DNA of 64,000 nt, from positions 1,240,001-1,304,000 of the forward strand of contig OZ193909.1 in NCBI GenBank assembly GCA_964276515.1, in the 5' to 3' direction. Position numbers and translations under genes: made by a program. The notes beneath the pieces are model-generated. The model saw only the letters and a list, made by a program, of their open reading frames with translations, was not told the origin of the DNA and ran no database searches. Below, one piece after another: positions 53,201 to 64,000 of the stretch. Every line of letters begins with the position of its first letter. The stretch's first letter is position 1. Source of the stretch: Gordius albopunctatus. Lineage: Eukaryota.

Positions 53201-53508
53201 TAGGGGGGGGGGGGGTGGATGGGTACGCCCATGAATCAAAGTCATTTTTTTGCTTATTTTTCACGTCAATTATTATTATTATAGGACGGTCGTGTCTCCT
53301 CCTGCGTGGCTAAATAAAATAAAAAATCTCATTTTGTCATTTTTTGCGCGTTCAATAAGGAGAAAAATGAAAATACTTTTAACAAAGTGCCAATAAATGT
53401 TGATATATTTCAGTTCTTCGGACATTATTAAGTTCAGAATTGAAAGTTTTATCCAGAAACAAATAATTATAATTATATTTTTCCTTCAATAACTGCTTTA
53501 TCATCATA
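50285..53508. repeat. Recent inverted duplication of ~44475-46337 (satellite array + Helitron 51461-53508, + strand)
   Basis: Near-identical reverse-complement match, e.g. 45241-45400 vs 51290-51450 and 44581-45020 vs 52952-53395. Confidence 0.92.
51667..52951 (-). mobile_element. Internally deleted hAT element with 8-bp TSD
   Basis: TIR tagaggtctgcatgggcc / ggcccatgcagacctcta. TSD tgacgtac at 51659-51666 and 52952-52959. Decayed transposase (PFEKASIKLEADK; ATSELTFSKASRLI). Empty site in the paralogous copy near 45020. Confidence 0.93.
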
Positions 53509-56500
53509 CTAGCTGTGCCCGGCCAAGCGTTGCTTTGACTCAGTCCTTGAGTGGTTAAATAAGTATAACCTATTAATAAGACTTATCTGAAATGTGGTCA
53601 TGTTTGAAATAATAATTCAAATAAATAAAATATCCATAATATTTATTTAGAGCACGAATTTTATCACGCCATGCATTTTATGAACCCACTATTTTTAATA
53701 TCCCGGCAAACGTTGTTTTGTCATATACATTATGTCTGAAAAATTAACTAACTTACTATAAGTGTGTGGGGATATTTTTTGCAGAAGTTTTATCTAAATT
53801 GTAGTCTTATTTTTACAATCAATGGAAAGTAAACGTAAATAACTAATTGCAGGTAAAGAGTTTGTCGGGGAATGCAGGGGAGAGAAAAATATTTATTTAT
53901 TCTTTCCTGGGGGGTTGTTGATTTATCGGTTATATTTTCTTAACCACTCTTAAATAATACCTTTTTTTTATCATTCGCATCACTTTGTTATATATGGAAA
54001 AATTAAGACAATTACGGTGGATAAATTTTAGCTTTAGCGCCATCTGTGTTTTTAAAATATTTTTAAAAAAAGTAAAAAATTTTAATAAGAAAATTTAAAA
54101 CTACCAAAAATTTTTTTTATAAACTCAACTAATAAAACTGGCAACAAAATTAATGAACTGCCATTATTATCACATGGCCATAGAAGCATGTAATTTATTT
54201 GGAGATACGACTTTGCTTAAGTCATCTAATAACAATGTACATTATAAGAACGTATTATATAAAAAAATTAAAATGTCATACGTATGGGGGCGATGTGGGA
54301 TCTAGAGGTCTGCAAGGGCCAAAATTTTAGGTTCCGGCCCGGTCCATACCCGCAAGAATATTATTTTTTTGGCCCACACCCGGCCCGCAAAAAAATCTCA
54401 AAAATTGCGAACAAGTCTACGTTGTTTCAAAATTATTTCTATGTATAAAAACTATCTTGTATTGTTCAAAAAATAATTTAGCTATAGCAAATAAAATCGG
54501 TTTTATTTAAAAATTACAATTTAATATTGTCATTTAAAAATAATAGACTATCTATTTTATCAGGCAATAATTTCGTTCTTCTCTGTACTATAAGGCGACT
54601 TGCCTTACTGAATGTGCGTTCACTCGTAGCATTGTTGGCTGGAATTGACAAAAACTGACCAGCTAATTTTGTTAATATTGGTAGCATAAGTTGGTGTTCT
54701 TTCCACCATAAAATTACATCTAGTCTAGCATCTTCAGGTTTTTTTCCCGTTTCATCATCGTCCTAAATAGAAAATATAAATTGCTTAGTGTTGCACAGCT
54801 GAGCTGGATCACTTTTAGTTGAACGACTTATGCAAGAAGATCTATTCAAGAGCCACGATCTTCTTGAATCATCTAATTATGTTACCGTATAGAAGCTTTT
54901 TTCATATTCGGGTAGCTAACGAGCGAAACTAAGAAAGGTTAATATTTTACGATAAATATCGATATTTGACTTTGAAATTAGCATAGTTTGGGCTCTTGAC
55001 TTCAATTTGTAGATCTTTAAGGCAACAGGATCACCACTATACGTAGGAGATGGAAACAAATTTGCGATGCCTTTTATAAAAGGGTAATATTTTATAGTGT
55101 TGGTGTCTTATGCGCTTCTAACTCGATACTTGCCTTTTCATAAGGTGAAAGCATATTAATTAATAGCATGATATGTTTTATGGAAATGTCTTCAAGTTTT
55201 CCAATAAATCTTTGCCAGATGAACAACTTATTATTTTATCATTTTTAACATAATGATTTCCACCAGATTGTTGTTCGGAAAATTAAATTTTTTTATTGTT
55301 AAGCTAATAAGTGATTTTTTTGTTTCTATATTAGAATTATAGTATAAAGTTAAATAAATTCCAATTTTTATTACTTTTCAAAGCCCAAGCCCGTCCCGCA
55401 CTTTTTTTATTGCTCTATTCTAGGCCCGGCCCAGCCCGCGGGCTGGCCCGGCCCATGCAGACCTCTAGTGGGATCCATATTTCGGGTAATCAGGGGTGGT
55501 AAGGTGAGGAGGTAAAACGTGGCCTAGGATAGTAACGGTGTTTCCCGGAGGACCGTGTGAGTGGAAGCTAGGTAAAAATATTTTAGTGGATTGGAGAGAT
55601 AAATACTGATAGTAGTTTCAAATACGGTACTCTGAGAATATACATTTAGATGTAGCAAAAAATATAACGCGAAAGGTACCTAGTGCCGCCGGGTGTGAAA
55701 CGAAGGAGCGGTTCCTTGGTTCAAATGGTATTATGGCATCAAATGCCATCGCTGGATCATTGCAAGGCTATAGGATATACAAGATTTGTAGTTTTACCCT
55801 CCGGCGCGAAAATAAACAGGTTGCTAGGTGTACCTACACGGGAGCAGGTACATATAGTTGGCCATGCGAAAAGCATGGATTTTCTAGATTTAAGCCAACA
55901 ACAGTTAATGATTGTCCCTGTGCTTTGTTGATTGTCATAGCGAATGCTAGGCGTACAGGAAACTGTACGCGCTTGAATTTAAAGGGCACATCGGTAGGGA
56001 TCATGGGGATGCGTGGGATCATCACGTCCTCGTCTTTATACGTTCCGCTGATTATAGTAGCCGCAATAACATTTGGACGCAGTTGCTTTACGGCAAGTCT
56101 GGTGCCATTACATAACCTCGGGGGATGTAAGTTACGCAGGGGTATTATAGGGCACCCAGGTTTCAATGTTAATTTATGTGGTGGGAGACCCGAAGGTGTT
56201 GAAGAATTCAAAAATTCAACTGGTTAATTAACAGTTTGATCAGTTTCTATAACCGTATCAATAGAGCTGTAAGTAAAAAGATCACCTGGAATGTGCACTT
56301 GAATACGATCATTCATACGTGTGACGGCTGCATTTGTTGGCGCTAATATAGCGCGGTCCCGGAGCCATGTGTGATCGGTGTAGTGCGTTGCAATGTCGGG
56401 GAACACCATAGTTTCAACAGCCTCGGGAGATGGCAGTAGGTGAAAAAAGGTTGTTGGAAAGGAGGTTTCCTTTGGAGACGGGGTAAATGGAAAGGTACCG

Positions 56501-58048
56501 TTCCCCAAAGCTAGTAGTTGTTGTGCAAATAAAGACGTATCCGGGAGTAAATGCACGCGCATGTTCGTAGTAAGCGTGAGGATCGTAAACTTCCACCAAA
56601 GATGTGACGGCTTCAGGCAGGCATCCAGCTCATCAGCCGATGTTGCTCTTGGGATAACAGGTAATGTTTGTCGAAAATCACCGGCTAACAACAATAAAGC
56701 CCCCCCCCCATAGGGAAGTCAATCTTCCGCAAATCTCTGAGAGTACGATCTAGTGCCTCGAGCGCTTTTTTATGCGCCATCGTACATTTATCCCAAATTA
56801 TGATTGAGCATGTCTTTAGGACTGTCCCAATTCCCAACTGATATTACAGGTAGGTTTTCCAATCTGATGCAGATTTAAGGGGAGCTGGAAAGTAGAATGC
56901 GCCGTGCGGCCTCCATCGAGTAACGTCGCCGCTATACCCGATGATGCGACGGCTAGGGCTAGCTCGTTATTGGGGCGAAATTTTGCCAGTAAAAATTAAG
57001 GAGAAAAGTTTTACCAGTGCCGCCGGGAGCATCAAGGAAAAGCAGACCGCCGTTACCGGTTGCCGCGTACTGCAGTACGGTGTCGTACGCGGTTTTCTGG
57101 TCGACGGTCAAAATTAGTTCGCGTTCCTGTATAATGCTGCGCTGATGGGTAACATCGTATTGCAGTTCGAGCCATACGTCTTTCGGTTGTACATCATGGC
57201 TGGTGCGGAGGGGTGCAGGTAAACCAAATTGGCATAGCATTTTATTGCTTATGGACATACATTTTGAAGATGTCATCGGAATAGGAAATATCTAATGTTG
57301 GATTTCCTCTCCGAATGCGCAAAAGAACGTCCTCGCTGAGGCTTTCCTTGTGCCGGTGCCACAGGTCTGTTGGATTTGACGGGGCGCAGGTGGTCACAAT
57401 GATCGCAAATAAATTACGGATTTGGTGGGGGAGACATATGAGCGACGCTTCCTCTAAGGTCGTATCCCAATGCTGGTCATTTTCCAGCAGCTGGAGTTCA
57501 AGACAGGCTTGTCTATACGTGGCGCAAACGGTGCCTGAGATCGTTTTCAGAGCCTGAAATGATGTCGGGCCTCGGACATTGTGAAGTAGCATGCGCAAAT
57601 AAAAACATTCGGCCTGATTGGGATGGATTGTATACATACGTCCCAAAGCATCTGCCACATGGACGTCCGGATAGCCTGCAACCACAGGTCCCTGTTTTCT
57701 CCGTTGAAACACCTTCCGTGTCGCGTTCCAAGTGTAATACCTCGGACTCGGAACCTCGTGGTATAGCAGGGTTTGAGCGAAAGCGTCCGTTTGACACAGC
57801 TGAAAAAAGGCTGTCAACGTGGTATTGGGGGAGGGGTGTGCCACTTTGTTTACGACGGTCGCCGGAGTGAAGTAGACGCGCTGGCCATTTTCAAAGACTT
57901 TCCCATTCAAAAAAGGAAAACACATTCCACCCGGTTCTGTGCGGAACCGTAGAGCCTGACAATGTACACACAGTGTATCCATTTTCTAGGGGAGGAGCCC
58001 CTAGCAGGGGTCTGGGGGCGAAGTCCCAGTTACGTATTATATATAAGA
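53509..58048 (-). mobile_element. Helitron with degraded Rep/PIF1-helicase coding sequence
   Basis: 5' TCTTATATATAATACG at 58048; 3' caaagcaacgcttggccgggcacagCTAG at 53509; A|T flanks. ECFYLRMLLHNVRGPTSF, LFLDAPGGTGKTF, LAGDFRQTLPV, RNLHPPRLCNGTRL and FAMTINKAQGQSL are split by frameshifts; most of the Rep domain is deleted. Confidence 0.92.
54303..55467 (-). mobile_element. Second copy of the internally deleted hAT element, nested in the Helitron
   Basis: Same TIRs as the 51667 copy. TSD gtgggatc at 54295-54302 and 55468-55475. Dimerisation motif PANNATSERTFSKASRLI. Confidence 0.93.
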
Positions 58049-59793
58049 TTTGTGTATTGATAATAAACATTTTATTTTTGAATTCTAATATTAATCTGTA
58101 AAATTTTATATTAGCCTAATATCATATAATAAAAGCACTTGGAAAAGGGAAAAAATAATAGAAGGAGAATTATGTAAAACACACGCATATTTAAGGGGAT
58201 AAGAAGTTATCTTTTAAATCACATTTGCGCCATCTACATTAAGAATTATTTTGGCTACTAAAAGTATTTTATTTGATGTTATTATTTATAACATAATGTT
58301 ATAGGGCATAACTTAATTTTTCACAAGTTAAATCAATAGACTACATAGATTGCTCATACCATATGTTTCATATGGTGAGTACCATTAAATACACCATTTA
58401 GAATATAACTATCTTTAAAATAGAAAAAGTTAATTTACCTTCCTCATTGGTTAATAAATAAAAAGGAATGTTAATTTATGATTATTTAATAATATGGAGA
58501 TTTAAATCATCACAATATTTTTTATAAATGATATATTTTAAAATGAGCATTTTTTGAATTTTGGCCATAATTTTATAAATTTTAACCAATTTTTGGATTT
58601 AGAGGGGGACAGCCCCTCCCCCTCGGCCACGCCCATGAATCCAAAAATCGGCTGTTCCCATATGTCGTATTATTAGTCTATGATCATAGAGTAATAAAGA
58701 GCTGATTACACAAGCATAGGGTTTCAAGATGAACTAAGCATCGCTCGAGTTTGAGTAGACTGAAAGGTGCAAAATTTATGGCAGGAAAAGTGAAAAATTG
58801 TTGTGTAAGTAGTTAATTATAACAAAAACAATAGAGCGCTAATAATATTGTAAACAATAACTTTTTTTATAATCCCAAATGTGGATTTATTGAATAAATC
58901 TAGTGTCGTAAAAACCACGTAAGGTTGTACCAAAAAATCTTTAATCTGTTTATCAGACTAAGAACCGAAAGCAGCCCTTTTTACAACACTAATTTTGAGG
59001 TTTTAAAAGGGTTTACTTGAATATTTTTAGTTTTGTTTTTAGTAGTATAACCCCGATTTTTCAATGTTATACTTTTGTCATCAATTTTTTTATATTTAGA
59101 GTCTATGAATTTTTTAAATTACATAACAATTTCATATGCAAAAACGATTTTTTATAATCAATTTTCTCACCAAATTTTTTAACTTATATTTAAATAATAT
59201 ATTTTACTCACTATCTAACTATTATTTTGTTTTAAATATTAATATTTCATAATAAAACCTTTGTAATTGAATTGAATTTTGGTCTTTAATTTTATCATTT
59301 TAGTATTTTTTATTATATTTTAAAATTGAAAAATCTGGGTGGAAACATGGTTTATATTATTTTCCCTAAAATATTATCCGAATCTATAATAACCAATTAA
59401 TTCTGATAAATTTACAAAAATTAGAGAAGTAAATAAAAGGCATACAAAAATTTTGACACTATGTAAAATGATATTTATTTTATTATAAAAGATAAAAACA
59501 ATTTAATATGCTTAATAACATTTAGTTTCCAAAATTATATAAACAACGGATATAATTATCTTGTAAATTCAATTATTCTAAAATTTTCTATTAAAAAAGT
59601 AAATGAAACGTTTTTTAAATTACAATTATAAACAATAATTTAAATTGACTCCGAATGGTGTAAAAAGAAAGTCCATTAATGCCAGTTGTTTGTTGACACT
59701 ATAATTGCCCTCTACTTCTTTACTTCGCCGCACCTGGTCAATTTGTGTAAATATTTTACATTCCCTTTTTTCTCCACTTTTAGAAAAAGAAGC

Positions 59794-60388
59794 ATGAAGT
59801 GTTATTGTATTTTATCATTCCTAACATTGGTTATCTGGTAATATATTTTTATATTTTCGCCTAAATAACGATAATATTATGTAAAAATAATTTAAAAATA
59901 TAACATTTATGAAATTTAATATTTTTTAAATATTAATTTGGGATTTTAGTTTGAATTGTCAAAATGAATTTGATTCATTGAGAGATTGTGATTGCCTCGA
60001 TAAACCTATTAAATGTTCAACTCCAGCTCCCACCAATTGCTCTGGTTCATTAGTTGACGATAGATGCTTTTGCTGCAAAATTTGTGGAAAAGTAAAATGA
60101 ATTCTGGCTTAATTTTATTTTTTTAATTAAATAATCTCAAGAGAAATAAATTTAAGAAATAAATAATATAATTTATTAATTACATTTTTGATCTAGATTG
60201 TAAACCAAACGTGTGAAGGAAGAGAAGAATGGCATGGAACTTGTTCAGAAGGTTTAGTCTGTTTGCATGCTGATAATGATAGTCTTTTAAATTATCCTGG
60301 AATATGTACTAGACCCGAAGATATTAAATATGAAGAAGTTACTGATCCCCCACCATCTGATTGTGATACTACTCAAAGCAGACGATAA
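59794..60388 (+). CDS. Secreted single IGFBP-N-domain protein (SIBD-like; locus 7, intact, divergent)
   Basis: Exons 59794-59837, 59950-60091, 60197-60388. Protein: MKCYCILSFLTLVIC-LNCQNEFDSLRDCDCLDKPIKCSTPAPTNCSGSLVDDRCFCCKICGK-IVNQTCEGREEWHGTCSEGLVCLHADNDSLLNYPGICTRPEDIKYEEVTDPPPSDCDTTQSRR*. Same intron phases as loci 1-6; AATAAA follows at ~60416. Confidence 0.87.
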
Positions 60389-61463
60389 TTTGCAACAAAC
60401 GATCTCCATGATTAAATAAAAACTTAAATTAATTTTTTTAATATAAACTATTTAAATTCCCATTATAATATTACATACATTCTTTTAATGTGCATTTTTT
60501 AATTCATCATCAATAATTAGAAAACAGATTAATGTAGTAAAGATATGATTTTAGTTTAAATTAGTATTTTGTATGTTTAAAAAAATAAATTACAAATTAG
60601 AATAGTCTTTTTCTATGATTTTATATAGGAGACCATTCTATGAATGCACTCATGAGATTTCACATATAATGTCAAAGATTAAATAATTAAAACTCTAAAA
60701 TTTAGAGAATTAAAAAAATAGGATTTTGTAAAACGAATTTTTTGATTTCCTTCAATTTTCTTGATATTTTCCATTTTAGTTAATTAGAAATATATCATAA
60801 ATTTTGTTGTTTAAATAGTATTTTTATACGTCGTGATTATTTAAATTTTACCTAATATCGGTGCTTAAAACATCTGGTTCCTATTTGATTTAAAAATTAC
60901 TAATAAAGTAATTAATTATCATTTAGAATTGATTTATTATTCTAAGATCATTTACAAATCAAATATTTTTCTGAAAGTTGTATATGGGTAAAAGTTTATA
61001 TTACACAACGCCTTTAAGTGCGTGGGAAGGATGTAGACGCTAATTAAGATATTTGTGCGCGGGCGCTTAGAATTTTTTCAATGTTGCCCTCTAGCGCAGC
61101 TTCAGAAATAATTTAACTCAGTAACAAACTGGCGACTCAAAAGATTTCAAAATTGTGGCAATCAGACACAAATTCAAATACAGTAAATCTCCCAATTTTA
61201 TGCTGGATCATATTCAGAGTCTATGGAAGAAGGTAAAATTGATGTTGGTAAAAAATTAATCAATTTCTTGATGCTAAATTATATTTGAATAAATCTGTAT
61301 AAATTTGATGTAAGATGGGTGATTTTTTTCTTTAAAATTATTTAATTTCCCTTATTTTCCCATTTTCCAGTTTTTTACTGGGAAATTTTCTTAACTCTGG
61401 CGTCGGGGAAAATAGGAGACCTCTATAGCTTGAAAATTGTAGGACAAAAAAATGTAAAAAAGA

Positions 61464-61536
61464 TACCCCTGGCGGGACTCGAACCCGCAATCTTCGGTTT
61501 AGGAGACCGACGCCTTATCCATTAGGCCACAGGGGC
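61464..61536 (-). tRNA. tRNA-Arg (anticodon CCT)
   Basis: GCCCCTG-TG-GCCTAATGGATAAGGC-G-TCGGT CTCCTAA ACCGA-AGATT-GCGGGTTCGAGTCCCGC-CAGGGGT-A folds as a full cloverleaf, with an oligo-T Pol III terminator just downstream. Confidence 0.97.
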
Positions 61537-61637
61537 TTGGAATAGTGACAAGATATTTAGCAATAAGAATGAGGAAAAGTAGTGAATAAAATATTAATAT
61601 GTAAAAAGCGAAATTTAAAATTTTTAAATCAAAGCAG

Positions 61638-62779
61638 ATGCGAAAGTTAATAGAATTTCACATTTTATAACCTTTCATTTTACATATTGCTAATAGGCGG
61701 TCAGTTAAATTCGTAGTATCATTTTTACAAAATCATTACACAAACTTACAAGTATCAGCATGCTTTAGTAATGTGGCCACAGATAAGTCAAAAAATTTTG
61801 GTGTTATATGTGAGAGGTATGGAGAAAGCCTAAAGTTAAAACAAGATCTCCCTGCCTTAAAACTTAACAAAAATGAAGTTGTGATAAACATAAGCATTTT
61901 TATAATTGACATTTTTCTCACAGATACGAATTGCTTCTCACACAAGCTCTTTGACATTTGCTGATTTATTAATGTGCCAAGGAAAGTATCAGATTAAGCC
62001 ACCAACTCCTTTTATAGCAGGTTTGATATTGCTCTTATTATCTTCAATTTATAGGCCGAGAGGTTTGTGGACAAGTCTTAGAGGTGGGGGAAGATGTTAA
62101 ATTATTAAGGAAGGGTGATAAAGTTTTTGGTTTTTTACCAGAGGGTGGTGGATTTACTAATGAAGCAGTTCTTCCAAAGCAGGTTATACAGGGTATATTG
62201 TCTGTTTTTATTAATTATTTTCAAGACTATTTGCGTATATAAAATTTATTAAAATAGAATTGTTTTGTGATCCCACAATCAATGGACTATAAAATTGGAA
62301 GTGCAATGTACACTTCATACTTAACAGCCTATCTTGGGCTAGTTCACAGAGCACAAATAAAGCCGAGGTTAGTTTGATTGTTATCCTAAAATAATTTTTT
62401 TATATTCTTAACTTAAAATATAATTGTTTTTTAATGAAATTTTTTGAGTTAAGGAACAATATCTTGTTTTAACATTTTTGGGATTTCACAAAATATTACA
62501 TTTGAATCTTTTAGAATGAGATCGTTTATTTGATATTAAAAAACATATAAATATTGGTAAGAACTTTAAAAAATTAATTTTTTATATTTTTATATAAAGT
62601 TTAAAAAGCATAATATATCACCAAAAATGATAAAATTTCAATTATTTGAAAATTACAATACTCTTTTAATGGTTAAAAAGTTTATTTGCTAAATCAGTGA
62701 TAAGGTTTTGATAACTGGAGCTGGAGGTGCAGTTGGCCTTGCAGCTGTAGACCTGTGTGCCAACGTCTACAAATCAAAG
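61638..62779 (+). CDS. Zeta-crystallin / quinone oxidoreductase-like MDR-family protein (5' part; continues beyond the window)
   Basis: Exons 61638-61645 (inferred), 61697-61877, 61924-62020, 62055-62182, 62258-62367, 62698-62779. Motifs: SLTFADLLMCQGKYQIKPPTPFIAGREVCGQVLEVGEDV..GDKV, SYLTAYLGLVHRAQIK and VLITGAGGAVGLAAVDL. Confidence 0.9.
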
Positions 62780-62900
62780 GTTTAAAGTTATTTTTTCAAA
62801 TTGAATAGATTATACACAAATTATTCTTAGGGTTTGTTAAAAAAATTGCTAAGTTTGTTGTACATAGTCTTGTAAAAATGGTTGGGTTTTGTTTCATCGC

Positions 62901-63850
62901 CAGGCGCGTAGCCAGGATTTTCTCAAGGGGCCAGAAAAATTCAAAAAATATTTCGACACTTTTATTTATAATATAACAAAAATAAACTTCCGGTACAATA
63001 TATGCGAAACTTCAAGTCGCTATATAAGCAGCTTTGGAAAAATCTTTTCTTCATTAATCAGAGCATTTACTATCGCTTTTATACCTTAAAAAGGACATCG
63101 GCCTCATGCATTTATTCAACTGGCAGAAAATATGATCATTTAGGTTAAATTAAAAAATGGCGGAAACCAAAGCAAAATTATACAGTCACTACTCAATCTG
63201 TTTACTTGACATTTAGTGGATTACAGCTAAATGGACGGTGCTTAGAAAAAAACAACAAGTTTTAGCTAATTTCCAAATACTCTTTATACAAAATTCAATT
63301 TTACCTGAAACAGAAAGGAATTCCGTAGCCCAATTTTATTCAAATGAATCAATTCAAAGTGAAGGTACATCGCGATGTCCATGTTATGGGTCTATAAAAT
63401 GATGTTTATTTTTCTTTTACCCTGCGATATTTTATCAAGAATCTCATCTGAAATGGGAGCTAATTCCCCATGAATTGTTAACAAAGCTAATCCATTTAAT
63501 TGATTTGTGGCCATAATATTTCTTAAATACGTTTTCAACCTTCTGAGCGTCGAACAACTTGTCTCATTAGGGCATGTAGTTACAGGGAGACAAGCCAGTA
63601 TGTATAAAAATGTGGTAACATTTGGTAATGAATTTAATATAGTCTTAAATGTAGAGAGTGCGTTGAGGGCATTTTTGGGACGAGATGCCTCTGGCGTTTG
63701 GGACATTAACTCTAAAAATAAACTAAAAAAGATAAAATTTTAGACTTTAGAATAGTTGAGGCATTTTCATCAATATTATTGTTTGAAACAATAGGTGTGA
63801 GTGTTTCCATTGAATCTTCACCATTGGACAAATTTAAATCCTCTAGAAAT
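62901..63850 (-). mobile_element. hAT transposon 3' fragment in an intron of the oxidoreductase gene
   Basis: Dimerisation domain LPVTTCPNETSCSTLRRLKTYLRNIM..NQLNGLALLTIH at 63392-63706; terminus caggcgcgtagccaggattttctcaagggg at 62901. Confidence 0.82.
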
Positions 63851-64000
63851 TTTTAAAATTGGCAATGTAATCACAATATTTATAACAATTAATATATATA
63901 AGAAATCAATACTGTATAAACATAAAATAAAAGCCTAATTCACTTACTGGAAATACCAGGGTTTGGTATTTTAAGGGAGAAAAATTTTTGTATAGAATTC

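Noticed and set aside
19420..60388. Interpreting the cluster as venom or host-manipulation effectors of a named taxon
   Set aside because: Organism and tissue expression cannot be determined from this window.

Overview
AT-rich, intron-containing animal (invertebrate-like) genomic DNA; the taxon cannot be fixed from the window. Gene models were read by eye, so some internal splice sites are approximate. Contents in order: (1) a multi-exon RIPOR/FAM65-family gene (+, about 5.8-18.4 kb). (2) A cluster of seven loci for small, secreted, Cys-rich IGFBP-N-domain proteins (19.4-60.4 kb) that the ORF track almost entirely misses. Six carry an extra exon encoding a second copy of the 4-Cys C-terminal half of the domain (a '1.5-domain' architecture). 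Five sit in the arms of a diverged ~25 kb inverted duplication centred near 36 kb. Three loci look intact, two have intact Cys frameworks but no visible ATG, and two are pseudogenes. (3) A dense TE landscape: RTE and CRE-like non-LTR elements, a P-element-like transposase relic, several hAT elements and MITEs with 8-bp TSDs, autonomous-type and non-autonomous Helitrons, a tRNA-derived SINE, and a satellite-like array inside a recent second inverted duplication. (4) tRNA-Arg(CCT) head-to-head with a zeta-crystallin/quinone oxidoreductase-like gene that runs off the right end.
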